The notes: generated from the letters alone by a model not told the origin. A DNA stretch of 64,000 bases from Candidatus Gastranaerophilales bacterium (GCA_947626225.1 CANQRH010000003.1:35363-99362); one strand, 5' to 3'. Shown: positions 36,741 through 46,745, counted from the first letter of the stretch. Numbers and translations: made by a program.

Positions 36741-38789
36741 TTACAATCTGCTGAAATCCGCAAGGTGAGTGTATTTCGATTTCAAAAGAGTAAGAAGTGC
36801 CAATCGATTTTCCTTAACATTTTCATCTTTATCCATAACAAGAACATCGTTAAAGAATTTCTCAACCGAAGGGTTAATTTCTTCAAGTTTGTTCAAATAG
36901 GTTTGGTAATCCGCATTTTCATCAACGGTTTCAATTTGTTTAAGAAGCATGCTCTCTGACGGTTCTTTGAACAAATCTTTGTTAACAGGTTTTTTGGAAT
37001 CTTCTTTAAGTATTCTCAAAACTCTGTTTGCACTTTCAAGCAATGCGGGACAATTCAGCTTGGAGATAACCTCGGCACGCTTTATATAATCCGTCAAATC
37101 CGACAGAGGATTTTTATTTGAAGCACAAGCTTCCAAAACATTTTTATTATATTTATCGGATAAGAAAATTATTAATCTTTGAATAAAGAATTCATAAATC
37201 TCCTCTGCAACCTTACCTGAAACTCTGTTTGCACAAGATCCCGTAACATTTTTCACTTTGTCAACAAAATTTTTGCCTTCCGCAGAAACGGGCAAAAGCA
37301 GAAGTGTAGCATTAATAAGTTCGGTCAAATCTATTTTCAGGTTGTTTGCGAGTATTGTTCTGATAATCCCGAGTGCCGCACGTCTGACACCTAAAGGATC
37401 GGATGAACCTGTAGGTTTTTTACCTTCCGCAAACACTGCACAAATATTATCCGTTTTATCAGCTATTCCGACAATTTGTCCTTCGTAAGTTTTTGCAATT
37501 TCACCTTCGGCATTTAACGGGAAATAGTGTTCTTTTATACCTTCCGCAACATTTTCAGGTTCATTGGAAACCCTTGCATAATCGGCACCGATAAACCCTT
37601 GAAGTTCGGTAAATTCAAAAACAAGTTTTGTTGCAAGATCAGCTTTTGCAAGTAATGCCGTTCTTTCAACCGACTCACTGCCTCCCGTCATAAGCTTTGA
37701 AAGCTTAACCAGTCTTTGGGCTTTGTCATACATAGAGCCCATGCCCTTTTGGAATGTAATACCCTTGATATCTTCAAGATAATCTGCAAGAGGTTTTTTG
37801 GTATCTTCATTAAAGAAAAATACCGCATCGTCAAGTCTTGCCTTTATAACACGAACATTTCCCGCTTTAATGTTTTCAAATTCATCGCCGAGATAATTTG
37901 TCATGGTTATAAACTTGTTAATAAGTTTTCCGTCCTTATAGAGAGCAAAATATCTCTGATGCACAGCCATAACCGTAACAACAAGCTCCTCAGGAAGTCT
38001 TAAATAATCGGGGTTAAACTCGCATACCGCAGGAACCGGGAATTCGGTTATAAATGTGACTTCTTCAAGCAAGTTATCGGTGTAATAAGGTTCCGCACCA
38101 AGTTTTGCGGCTTCTTCTTTTGCTTTATCAATAATCCTTTGTTTTCTTTCTTCCTGATCAACAATTACACAGCAGTTGCGCATAATCTCAACATAGTCAT
38201 CCGGATTGTTAATATAGACATTTTGCTGTGCAAACCTGTGTCCGCGCGAAACATTGGAACTTTCTTTGTCAATTATTTTTATCTTAACTTCTTCCCTGTC
38301 TAAGATAGAAACAATCCACCTTATCGGGCGGGAGAATTTTTCTTCATTGTCAGACCATCTCATAAAATGCGAGCCTTGAAGCTTCATAACGATTGACGGT
38401 ACATTTTCTTTCAAAAGCACATCAACCGATTTGCCTTTAATAACAATTTTTGCAAAAACATAATCATCTTCGACATACAAATCATCGGGATTAATTCCGT
38501 TTTTTCTGCAAAAACCTTCACCCGCACGGGTAAGATTTCCGTTTTCATCATAGGCAGCACGCTTTATCGGGCCTTTAACAATTTTTTCTTCATCTCTGCC
38601 CTCTTTTTCAAGACCGGAAACAATTACTGCAAGACGTCTGGGCGTTGCATAGACTTTTATATCCTCGTAACTTACTTTATTTGTATTTAAAAAGTTTTCA
38701 AATCCGTTTTTCAACTGCTGAATAGCAGAAGGGATAAATTTATACGGTAATTCTTCACAACCTACTTCTAATAAATATTTACTCATCAT
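36741..38789 (-). CDS. glyS: glycine--tRNA ligase beta subunit
   Basis: MSKYLLEVGCEELP N-terminus, ATPRRLAV, about 680 aa. Start moved to ATG 38789/38786 after the GAGGAAA SD. Confidence 0.9.
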   Translation of the reverse strand: MMSKYLLEVGCEELPYKFIPSAIQQLKNGFENFLNTNKVSYEDIKVYATPRRLAVIVSGLEKEGRDEEKIVKGPIKRAAYDENGNLTRAGEGFCRKNGINPDDLYVEDDYVFAKIVIKGKSVDVLLKENVPSIVMKLQGSHFMRWSDNEEKFSRPIRWIVSILDREEVKIKIIDKESSNVSRGHRFAQQNVYINNPDDYVEIMRNCCVIVDQEERKQRIIDKAKEEAAKLGAEPYYTDNLLEEVTFITEFPVPAVCEFNPDYLRLPEELVVTVMAVHQRYFALYKDGKLINKFITMTNYLGDEFENIKAGNVRVIKARLDDAVFFFNEDTKKPLADYLEDIKGITFQKGMGSMYDKAQRLVKLSKLMTGGSESVERTALLAKADLATKLVFEFTELQGFIGADYARVSNEPENVAEGIKEHYFPLNAEGEIAKTYEGQIVGIADKTDNICAVFAEGKKPTGSSDPLGVRRAALGIIRTILANNLKIDLTELINATLLLLPVSAEGKNFVDKVKNVTGSCANRVSGKVAEEIYEFFIQRLIIFLSDKYNKNVLEACASNKNPLSDLTDYIKRAEVISKLNCPALLESANRVLRILKEDSKKPVNKDLFKEPSESMLLKQIETVDENADYQTYLNKLEEINPSVEKFFNDVLVMDKDENVKENRLALLTLLKSKYTHLADFSRL

Positions 38790-38912
38790 ATTTCCTCGTT
38801 TTGCTATTGTTATAACAGAAGCAAGAATGAAATGCAATCTTATTTGTTGGTATAAACGCTTAAACATCTGCGCGCCGTTGCAGAAAATTTTGTTTTTTAA
38901 TATAATTAAACC

Positions 38913-39722
38913 ATGAACGGTTTAAGAAGATATTACAGGCAATCTGCCACTTACAAAATATTTTCGGGAGTATTAAGCGAACTAAACCGGTTTTTGGAAA
39001 CTCTGGGTAAGATATCGCTTGACGGTATTGAAACCGCAAAGTTTATTATAAAAGGTCAGATTGATAAAAAAGAGCTTATCGAACAATGTTACAGATTTGG
39101 TGTAACATCGCTTCCGATAACCTTGTCTATTGTAGGCATGACATCAATTATTGTAGCCTCTCAGGTGGCATTGGAAATGGTTAAGCAGGGCGGAGGCAAT
39201 TTTGTCGGACTTTTAATGACAATTTTAATTGTCAGGGAAGTCGGAGTAATAATGTCGGGTTTTGCAATAATATCAATGATAGGTTCTTCGTTAGCATCGG
39301 AAATAGCAACAATGCGCGTAACCGAGCAAATTGATGCAATTGAAGTTTTGAAAGTAAATCCAATCAGATATTTGTTTGTCCCCAGAGTATTATCGGGAAT
39401 AATAATGATGCCTCCTGTTGTGGCATTGGCATCGGCTGCAGGTGTAATTGCGGGTGCGGTAACGGCAAATTTAACATCGGAACTGGGTTACAGAGCATTT
39501 TTTGATTCGGCATGGCTTGGAATTTATATGAAAGATTTGGGCGTATGCATGCTTAAAGCCGTGGTTTTCGGAGCCGTAATCGCTTTAATCAGTTGTTCTT
39601 GCGGATATTCTGCTAAAGGTGGCGCAAAAGGTGTCGGCGAAGCAACAACAAAGGCTGTTGTATGGTCGTTTGTGGCTATAGTAATATGGGATATGTTCTT
39701 TGCAATAGCGTTTTTCTTTTAA
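38913..39722 (+). CDS. mlaE: MlaE-family lipid ABC transporter permease
   Basis: REVGVIMSGFAIISMIGSSLASEIATMRVTEQIDAIEVL is the MlaE signature. Confidence 0.85.
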   Translation: MNGLRRYYRQSATYKIFSGVLSELNRFLETLGKISLDGIETAKFIIKGQIDKKELIEQCYRFGVTSLPITLSIVGMTSIIVASQVALEMVKQGGGNFVGLLMTILIVREVGVIMSGFAIISMIGSSLASEIATMRVTEQIDAIEVLKVNPIRYLFVPRVLSGIIMMPPVVALASAAGVIAGAVTANLTSELGYRAFFDSAWLGIYMKDLGVCMLKAVVFGAVIALISCSCGYSAKGGAKGVGEATTKAVVWSFVAIVIWDMFFAIAFFF

Positions 39723-39732
39723 GAGGTAATTT

Positions 39733-40467
39733 ATGAGTATAGAAGTTAAAAACTTAGTAAAAACATTCGGAAGCAAACGGGTTATAGATGATGTATCATT
39801 CAAAGTTGAAGACGGTGAAACACTTGCTGTTGTCGGATTTTCCGGTTCGGGAAAAAGTACGATTTTAAAACTCATTTGCGGGCTTTTAACACCGGACAGC
39901 GGTGAAATTATCACTTCCGAAGGCGATATAGCAATGGTTTTCCAATATTCCGCACTGTTTGATTCGCTGAACGTGGCAGATAACATTGCTTTTGCGCTTC
40001 ATGAAAGAAAAGAGTTCAGAAACAAATACACGGAAAAAGAAATACGAAATATAGTTGCCGAAAAATTGGAGCTTGTAGGGCTAAAGGGGATTGAACGGAA
40101 GTTTCCGTCGGAGCTGTCGGGCGGTATGCAAAAGCGTGTAAGCTTTGCACGCGCAATAGTAACCGAACCTAATTCAATACTTTATGATGAACCGACTGCC
40201 GGATTAGATCCTATATCATCAACACTTATTGAAAATTATATCGTAAGATTAAAAGAGGAAACACATGCCGCATCTGTTGTTGTAACCCACCAGATGTCAA
40301 CAATAACAAGAACGGCAAATAAAGTTCTGATGCTTTATGACGGGAAAGCGGTTTTTGAAGGCACACCCGAAGAAATGCTCAGACAGGACAATGAATACAC
40401 AAAACAATTTGTAACCGCATCGCTTGAAGGGCCGATGCACATGTTAGCCGAAAGAGAGGAATTATGA
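39733..40467 (+). CDS. mlaF: MlaF-like ABC transporter ATP-binding protein
   Basis: GFSGSGKST Walker A, LSGGMQKRVSFARA signature, ILYDEPTAGLD Walker B. Confidence 0.85.
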   Translation: MSIEVKNLVKTFGSKRVIDDVSFKVEDGETLAVVGFSGSGKSTILKLICGLLTPDSGEIITSEGDIAMVFQYSALFDSLNVADNIAFALHERKEFRNKYTEKEIRNIVAEKLELVGLKGIERKFPSELSGGMQKRVSFARAIVTEPNSILYDEPTAGLDPISSTLIENYIVRLKEETHAASVVVTHQMSTITRTANKVLMLYDGKAVFEGTPEEMLRQDNEYTKQFVTASLEGPMHMLAEREEL

Positions 40468-41711
40468 ATTTAGAGAGACTTTTTAATAAGGAAGTAATGT
40501 CGCTTGACACATATATAATGTTCAGATTGAAAGAAGAAACGTCAATGCTGAAAGATGAACTGACGGCAAGAAACAGAGCGCCGATATCGTTATCTATGGG
40601 TGCTCCGACGGCTAATCCTCCAAAAGCCCTGATAAACAGATTAAAAGAAATTCTTGATGAAGACGGTATTCATACATATTCAACACCCAAAGGCGAAAAC
40701 TATTTTAGGGAAGCAATTTCCAAATATATGAAAAGGCGTTTCAATGTTGAAATGAATCCCGAAACCGAAATATTTTCTCTGGTGGGTTCAAAAGAGGGGA
40801 TAGCAAATCTTGTTAGATTTATCACAACGCCGAGAGAAAACGAGTTTGATAAAGACGTTATAATGGTTCCCGATCCGTGTTACGCATCGTATCTTCAATT
40901 TATACAATGCTCCGGTGCAAAGGCTTATTCAATGCCGTTAACCAAAGAAAACGATTATAAACCGGATGCGGAAAAAATTTATTCACAAATCATAAAAGAC
41001 GGCTACAAACCCGAAAATATCAAAGCCTTATTTATAAACTATCCAAATAATCCTATGGGCATTTCCTCAACAAGAGAATATGTCCGCACCGTAATTGATT
41101 TCTGCAAAAAACATGACATCCTTCTTGTATCGGATGCTGCATACAGCGAACTGTATTTTGCCGAAGATGAAAAACCTTTCAGCATATTTGAAATTGATGG
41201 TGCAAAAGATATAGGTATAGAATTTTTCAGTTTTTCAAAGCCTTACGCCGTAACGGGATGGCGTTTGGGCTGGGTTTGCGGTAACAAAGACGTAATTCAG
41301 CGCTTGGGCAAGGGCAAATCAACAATTGATAACGGAATTTACAAAGCTCTCCAAAAAGCTTGTGCTGAGATATTGAACTCCCCGGAAGGTGACAAATACA
41401 TTAAAGAGGGCAATATGGGTTATGCAAGAAAACAGGCTATAATGGTAAAGGGATTCAAAGAACTCGGCTGGGAAATAGATGAAAAAAACGTCCCGCATAC
41501 AACGTTTTATCTTTGGCTTCCGATACCGCGGAAATACACATCGGCATTTGATTTTTGCCGTGACGTACTCAGAAAATCGGGCGTTGTACTTGTACCGGGC
41601 AACGCTTTCGGAAATTGCGGGGAAGGATTTTTCAGGTTATCATTTGTATGTTCTGATGAAAAACTTCGGGAAGTAATAGACAGATTTAAGCAAGACGGAT
41701 TTTATTACTAA
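40464..41711 (+). CDS. class I/II PLP aminotransferase (possibly LL-diaminopimelate aminotransferase-like)
   Basis: FSFSKPYAVTGWRLGW PLP-lysine region and NYPNNPMG. The DapL guess rests only on size and nearby dapB/asd. Confidence 0.75.
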   Translation: MNLERLFNKEVMSLDTYIMFRLKEETSMLKDELTARNRAPISLSMGAPTANPPKALINRLKEILDEDGIHTYSTPKGENYFREAISKYMKRRFNVEMNPETEIFSLVGSKEGIANLVRFITTPRENEFDKDVIMVPDPCYASYLQFIQCSGAKAYSMPLTKENDYKPDAEKIYSQIIKDGYKPENIKALFINYPNNPMGISSTREYVRTVIDFCKKHDILLVSDAAYSELYFAEDEKPFSIFEIDGAKDIGIEFFSFSKPYAVTGWRLGWVCGNKDVIQRLGKGKSTIDNGIYKALQKACAEILNSPEGDKYIKEGNMGYARKQAIMVKGFKELGWEIDEKNVPHTTFYLWLPIPRKYTSAFDFCRDVLRKSGVVLVPGNAFGNCGEGFFRLSFVCSDEKLREVIDRFKQDGFYY

Positions 41712-41738
41712 AAAACAGGGCTTTTGCCCTGTTTTTTT
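41712..41738. terminator. bidirectional rho-independent terminator between convergent genes
   Basis: aaaaacagggc-tttt-gccctgttttttt. Confidence 0.75.
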
Positions 41739-41931
41739 AGTCTATAAGTGCATTGATTTCGGCGACCATCGCATCGGCATCAAATCCGTGGACTTTGGCA
41801 CCTGCTTCAAGATTTTCGAAATGTGCCGCAGCACATCCTATACATCCCATTCCGTATTTTTGAAAAATTTGAACACTTTCGGGACACTGCTGAACTATAT
41901 CCATAATGTTCATATCCTTAGTTATTGCCAT
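41737..41931 (-). CDS. DUF1858 / hybrid-cluster-protein-associated redox disulfide protein
   Basis: IMDIVQQCPESVQIFQKYGMGCIGCAAAHFENLEAGAKVHG. Confidence 0.65.
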   Translation of the reverse strand: MAITKDMNIMDIVQQCPESVQIFQKYGMGCIGCAAAHFENLEAGAKVHGFDADAMVAEINALID

Positions 41932-42150
41932 ATTAACCTCCTTTTTTTGACTTTTTTTAAAAATTCCTTAAATACATTATATAACAAAAAAGGATTAAAT
42001 ATGGATTTTATCAAAAAATTATTCAACGATGATGACAAAGTAGTAGGTCTTTGCAGTTTCAAAAAAAAGACACAAAAAATTTACAGTTTCACCCCCGAAT
42101 ACTCAACGGGCGAAATACTTTTTTACACGAATACCCGCAACAATTTTTTA

Positions 42151-42360
42151 TTAAGCTAAATAGTCAAGATTATCAGCTTTTGTATGATATCCTGCGGTAA
42201 AATATTCGTTGGAAAAGCCGCTTTTTGCAACCGGGCAGTTTGGATTACCGTTAACTGTTGGTGCAGAAGCACTGCGCTGTTCAACCGGCTGAGCGGTAAA
42301 ATTTACTCTCGGTGCAAATATTCCTCTGATACTGTTTACGTTTCCGACTTGTAAAGACAT
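42151..42360 (-). CDS. hypothetical small protein
   Basis: ORF only. Confidence 0.3.
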   Translation of the reverse strand: MSLQVGNVNSIRGIFAPRVNFTAQPVEQRSASAPTVNGNPNCPVAKSGFSNEYFTAGYHTKADNLDYLA

Positions 42361-42454
42361 AATTGCTCCATAAATTCCCTGTATATATATTAAGTATTTT
42401 ATTCCCGAAAAATTGCCTGATTTTTCTCAAAAATTAAGAAACATTAAGAAAATT

Positions 42455-42823
42455 TTATCTGCAGGAATTTAAGAGTTTTGGTCTGATCGGATTATTTTTA
42501 TCAACCCAGCTCTGGGTAAATCTGAAATCCGGATTCAAAACAATTGCTTTTAAAAGCACGGCATAGCTTATATCAATAAAATTAATTTTGTTAATTCGTT
42601 CAATAATAAAGTCGTTTGAACCGCAGTTACGGCAGAATTTTTTTTCGGGAATAATTTCTCCGTTTTTAACAATTCCTTTAAGTTTTATACCGCAGCATGA
42701 GCATCTGATAAGATACCACCGGTTTTCAATCAGTTCACCGCAATCGGGACAGTAAGCAAAATCAACATCAGGCGTAACATGAACGTGGCTGCAATGTTCT
42801 TTTTTAAATAAACTCCATATCAT
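42455..42823 (-). CDS. zinc-ribbon protein (multiple CxxC pairs)
   Basis: CPDCG..., CSCCG..., CRNCGS. Confidence 0.5.
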   Translation of the reverse strand: MIWSLFKKEHCSHVHVTPDVDFAYCPDCGELIENRWYLIRCSCCGIKLKGIVKNGEIIPEKKFCRNCGSNDFIIERINKINFIDISYAVLLKAIVLNPDFRFTQSWVDKNNPIRPKLLNSCR

Positions 42824-42884
42824 ACCGTGTATTTAATAATTTTCCTCAAAAAGTCAATACATGAATGCTGAAATTTGGGTTATT

Positions 42885-45122
42885 TTATAAAATATCAAGC
42901 GGATCAACATCAACAACCAATTTTATATCTTTCGGAAGTGTCATTTTGCCTAAAAAACTTGATACAAAATTGTGCCCTTTATCTTCTATTTTGTTTTTTA
43001 TAATTATTTGAAAACGGTACTGTCCGTTAATCTTTTCTATTACACATGGTGCAGGCCCGAGAACTTCAAGCTTTTCCGAAATCCCAAACTTTTCAACCAT
43101 AGTACAAAGACGCAATGCGATTTCCTGTGCCGACTTCTCCGCCCGAAAATTGTTTGCAGAGCTTAAAACCAAACGTATAATCTTGCTGAAGGGCGGATAA
43201 TCAAATTCTTCCCGTGCTTTAATTTCAGTGTCATAAAATTCCCGATAGTTCTGAGATTTGGCACTTGTAAGAGCATAATATTCGGGATTGTAAGTCTGAA
43301 ACAGCACTTTACCTTCAAATCCGCCCCTGCCGGCACGTCCCGCAACCTGTGTCAAAAGCTGAAACCCGCGCTCCGATGAGCGGAAATCGGGAAGATTAAA
43401 TCCGGCATCCGCTGAAATTACCCCGACAAGCGTAACATTCGGGTTATCCAGACCTTTTGCAATCATCTGAGTACCGACAAGAATATCAATTTCTTTCCGT
43501 TGAAAACGTTCTAAAAGTCTTATATGTTCGCCTTTTCTGACCAAAATATCACTGTCAATACGCTCTACACTTTTGTCAGGAAACAACTCTTTTACATACT
43601 GCTCAATCTTTTGTGTTCCCGTTCCGCCTGTTTTCAGTGCATCCGAACCGCATTCGGGGCAAAAATCGGGAAAATATTCACTATGATTGCAATAGTGGCA
43701 TTTAAGCATTCCCTCTTTTGCATGCCATATCATCGGAATTGCACAATCGGGACATTCTATCACATGCCCGCATGCCTGACACTGGGTATAAGTGGAAAAC
43801 CCGCGCCTGTTTATAAGCAAAATTACCTGCTGATTTTTCTCCAGTGTTTCCTTAATCCCAATCTGCAAAGGCACTGATATAATATTATGATAAGATGCTC
43901 TGCCGTATTCCTGCATATTTATAACCGTTACGGGCGGAACTTTGGCATTGTTATATCGGTGTTTAAGCTCAAACAAGCTCCCTTCGTTCACGGCTCTGTA
44001 ATAAGACGAAATATCAGGTGTCGCGGAACCTTTTATCAGCGGGCAGTTATGGAATTGTGCAAGCTTTTGCGCCACAACTCTCGCATCGTATCTTGGAGCC
44101 GGCGTAGTTTGCTTATAAGCGCCTTCGTGTTCTTCGTCTATTATTATCAGCCCTATATTTTGTAAAGGTGCAAATACAGCCGAACGCGCTCCCGCAAGAA
44201 TTTTTATCTCATTTTTATAAAGTTTTTTCCAGACATCGTACCTTTCACCGTCAGAAATACTGCTGTGCCATATTGCAACATCTTCCGTACCGAATTTCTT
44301 TGCAAGACGTTTGGTGAGCTGAGATGCCAGAGCAATTTCCGGTGCCAGAAAAAGTACATTTTTTCCCGATTTGATTGTATCGTCAATGAGTTTGAAATAA
44401 ACTTCCGTTTTCCCTGATGCCGTAACCCCGTGTAAAAGAATATTCTTTGAACAATCACTCGTTCTCTCATCTCTTGCAAGGGATGGGGTTTTAGTGATTA
44501 TGTTTTTTATTCCTTCGTAAACGGATTTTTGCTCATCATTCAACTCAAAAAGCGCTTCTCTATCCGTAATTTTCAATATATCAAGCGGATTGCGATAAAG
44601 CTCCTCTTGTGTTAATTTCAAACAACCGCACTGTTCAAGTTTTTTTACCGTTGCTCTTGTCGTCTTTGCAAGTTTTTCAAACATTATCAAAGGCATTTTG
44701 CCGTGTTTTTCAAGTACCTGCAAAACTTCACTCTGCCTTTTTGTTGCACCTTCATAACTTTTAAATTCAACCGAGAATTCGGTTTTAGAAGCCTTTTCAA
44801 TCAATTTTAAAGGAATAGCCGCATTCAAAACCGTTACTAAATCACAACAGTAATAATTGGCAATCCATTCCAAAAGCTTTAAATATTCCACGGAAAACAG
44901 AGGAGTTTCATCCAAAATTCTGCTGATTTTTTTTGCCTTTATCTCCTGAGGCAAATAGTCCGAAAAGCCTGCACAAAAGGCATTTATCAGCCCTTGTCTG
45001 CCGAACGGCACAAGAATTGCCTGTCCGATTTTGATTTTGTCTTTCATCTCATCGGGTATGAGATAACTGAATGTCTTTACTCCCAAGCCTTTTATATTTA
45101 CAAGGGCAAGAGCATACTTCAT
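42885..45122 (-). CDS. priA: primosomal replication-restart helicase PriA
   Basis: LLHGVTASGKTEVY Walker A, IIIDEEHE, Cys-rich zinc insert CQACGHVIECPDC...CHYC...CPECGS. Confidence 0.95.
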   Translation of the reverse strand: MKYALALVNIKGLGVKTFSYLIPDEMKDKIKIGQAILVPFGRQGLINAFCAGFSDYLPQEIKAKKISRILDETPLFSVEYLKLLEWIANYYCCDLVTVLNAAIPLKLIEKASKTEFSVEFKSYEGATKRQSEVLQVLEKHGKMPLIMFEKLAKTTRATVKKLEQCGCLKLTQEELYRNPLDILKITDREALFELNDEQKSVYEGIKNIITKTPSLARDERTSDCSKNILLHGVTASGKTEVYFKLIDDTIKSGKNVLFLAPEIALASQLTKRLAKKFGTEDVAIWHSSISDGERYDVWKKLYKNEIKILAGARSAVFAPLQNIGLIIIDEEHEGAYKQTTPAPRYDARVVAQKLAQFHNCPLIKGSATPDISSYYRAVNEGSLFELKHRYNNAKVPPVTVINMQEYGRASYHNIISVPLQIGIKETLEKNQQVILLINRRGFSTYTQCQACGHVIECPDCAIPMIWHAKEGMLKCHYCNHSEYFPDFCPECGSDALKTGGTGTQKIEQYVKELFPDKSVERIDSDILVRKGEHIRLLERFQRKEIDILVGTQMIAKGLDNPNVTLVGVISADAGFNLPDFRSSERGFQLLTQVAGRAGRGGFEGKVLFQTYNPEYYALTSAKSQNYREFYDTEIKAREEFDYPPFSKIIRLVLSSANNFRAEKSAQEIALRLCTMVEKFGISEKLEVLGPAPCVIEKINGQYRFQIIIKNKIEDKGHNFVSSFLGKMTLPKDIKLVVDVDPLDIL

Positions 45123-45355
45123 TATTCAGCTTCCATAAATTCTTTTTTTGCTTCCTGAATAGCTTCTTCCAGCAAATCTATCTGATCCGGTGAAAAAGTT
45201 ACGCCTTTTTTGGTCGGAAGCCAAGATGAGCCGCCGTCGGTTGTGTAAAATATTCTCATATTAAGATAACTTTTTCCCTTGTATTCACTAACGGAAATCT
45301 GTAATTGTTCCGTATCGGTTCTGTCAATTGTAGCTAAAATTTTCGCATCTGCCAT
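45122..45355 (-). CDS. PC4/YdbC-like single-stranded DNA-binding protein
   Basis: YKGKSYLNMRIFY...PTKKGVTFSPDQIDLLEEAI. Confidence 0.6.
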   Translation of the reverse strand: MADAKILATIDRTDTEQLQISVSEYKGKSYLNMRIFYTTDGGSSWLPTKKGVTFSPDQIDLLEEAIQEAKKEFMEAE

Positions 45356-45432
45356 GACTGTTTCTCCTTTTTCCCTAATTATAACACATATATATATTTA
45401 TGCTAAAATAAAAAAATAAGGAGAGAAAATTT

Positions 45433-46182
45433 ATGATAAAAATTGCAGTATGCGGCGCACTCGGGAAAATGGGTAAAGAAGTCTGCCAAGCCGTAACTCA
45501 ATGTCCCGAAACTGAATTAACCGCAATGATTGATACGGCATCAGACAGTATGTATCATTCGATTGAAGAAGCTCAAAGAGTTGAAGATATAGATGTTTTG
45601 GTTGATTTTACTCAGCCCTCGGCAATATTTGAAAACGCAAAATTCTGTCTTAACAACGGAATTAAAATTGTTATTGGCACAACGGGTCTGAATGATGAAC
45701 AAATTAAAGAACTTGAAAATTTGTCTAAAGAAAAAAATACCGGCTGTTTTATAGCACCGAATTTTTCAACGGGCGCGGTTTTGATGATGATGTTTGCAAA
45801 GCTTGCCGGAAAATATTTTGACAATGCGGAGATTATAGAATTTCACCATAATCAAAAGAAAGATGCCCCTTCAGGCACTGCAATTAAAACCGCAAACCTT
45901 ATGGCTGAAGCAAAACAAGACTTTACAAACGGAAATTGCAAAGAAGTTGAAACAATTCAAGGTTCGAGAGGCGGAACTTCCTATTCAAATATCCATATAC
46001 ATTCTGTCAGAATGCCCGGATATATTGCATCACAAGAGGTAATTTTAGGTTCATCGGGACAAATTCTTACAATCAGACACGATTCGATGGACAGAAAATG
46101 TTATATGCAAGGTGTTTTGCTCGCGGTAAAATATGTTTTCAAAAAGAACAGCTTTGTCTACGGACTGGAAAATATCCTGTAA
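45433..46182 (+). CDS. dapB: 4-hydroxy-tetrahydrodipicolinate reductase
   Basis: IKIAVCGALGKMGKEV NAD(P) fold, EFHHNQKKDAPSGTA. Confidence 0.9.
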   Translation: MIKIAVCGALGKMGKEVCQAVTQCPETELTAMIDTASDSMYHSIEEAQRVEDIDVLVDFTQPSAIFENAKFCLNNGIKIVIGTTGLNDEQIKELENLSKEKNTGCFIAPNFSTGAVLMMMFAKLAGKYFDNAEIIEFHHNQKKDAPSGTAIKTANLMAEAKQDFTNGNCKEVETIQGSRGGTSYSNIHIHSVRMPGYIASQEVILGSSGQILTIRHDSMDRKCYMQGVLLAVKYVFKKNSFVYGLENIL

Positions 46183-46186
46183 TATC

Positions 46187-46214
46187 TTGACAAATAGTTT
46201 AAAAGAGTTATAAT
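46187..46214 (+). promoter_or_regulatory. sigma70 promoter TTGACA-N16-TATAAT driving a short + strand transcript
   Basis: TTGACA at 46187-46192 and TATAAT at 46209-46214. No ORF follows. Confidence 0.55.
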
Positions 46215-46220
46215 ATATAA

Positions 46221-46313
46221 AGGGTGGCTGTTCTGCAGAACAGCCTATACAGACCCTAAATGATATAGACTAAAAAATCTATAAAAAGCCTTATTCCCAG
46301 TAAGGCTTTTTTT
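46221..46313 (+). ncRNA. putative small RNA of about 90 nt (antisense to the 24-codon ORF)
   Basis: Bounded by the promoter above and the terminator aaagcctta-ttcccag-taaggcttttttt (46285-46313). The 5' end holds the perfect palindrome GGCTGTTCTGCAGAACAGCC (46226-46245). Confidence 0.4.
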
Positions 46314-46330
46314 AATATCAGCCTATCCAT
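46256..46330 (-). CDS. putative 24-aa hydrophobic peptide MDRLILKKALLGIRLFIDFLVYII
   Basis: Strong SD AAGGAGGTG 6 nt before the ATG. It has its own consensus promoter and is too small for the ORF track. Confidence 0.3.
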   Translation of the reverse strand: MDRLILKKALLGIRLFIDFLVYII

Positions 46331-46406
46331 TTTATCACCTCCTTTCCACCTTTATACAGTAAAGTTTTGATGTGTAGTCAGAGGGATATGGTCTACCCTT
46401 ATAGTA

Positions 46407-46435
46407 ATTATATTATTGATATTATAATATGTCAA
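46407..46435 (-). promoter_or_regulatory. exact-consensus sigma70 promoter TTGACA-N17-TATAAT driving the minus-strand small transcript
   Basis: Minus strand TTGACA at 46435-46430 and TATAAT at 46412-46407. Confidence 0.55.
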
Positions 46436-46480
46436 ATTTTTAAGGAAATATTATTAATTTTTTATTTAGCATTATAATAA

Positions 46481-46696
46481 TCAAGACAGTTTTCGTTTTT
46501 TAAAAATTAAGTCATAACCGATTGAATCTGCCAGTTTTTTTGCTTCATCATAACGTAATGTATTAAACCTGAGTTTTTTCGATAACCCGTCAGGAGTAAA
46601 CTTATGCTCATTATTCATATTATATAACTGCACAAGTTTTTTTACCGTAATACATTCTTTTAATAAAAGTATTTTTATATCTTCGTATGCAGACAT
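46481..46696 (-). CDS. small helix-turn-helix-like protein (paralogue of 5526-5759)
   Basis: See the alignment under 5526-5759. Divergent from the pilin-like gene at 46811. Confidence 0.5.
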   Translation of the reverse strand: MSAYEDIKILLLKECITVKKLVQLYNMNNEHKFTPDGLSKKLRFNTLRYDEAKKLADSIGYDLIFKKRKLS

Positions 46697-46745
46697 AATT
46701 AAGATAATAGCAGATATTGACTTTTTAAATCAAAAATGTTATTTT

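Noticed and set aside
42001-42159. 52-codon plus-strand ORF (MDFIKKLFNDDDKVVGLCSF...) with an A8 run, overlapping the end of 42151-42360
   Set aside because: It has no convincing SD and no recognisable motif. The A8 run is not exceptional in AT-rich DNA. Evidence is insufficient to call it a gene or a contingency locus.
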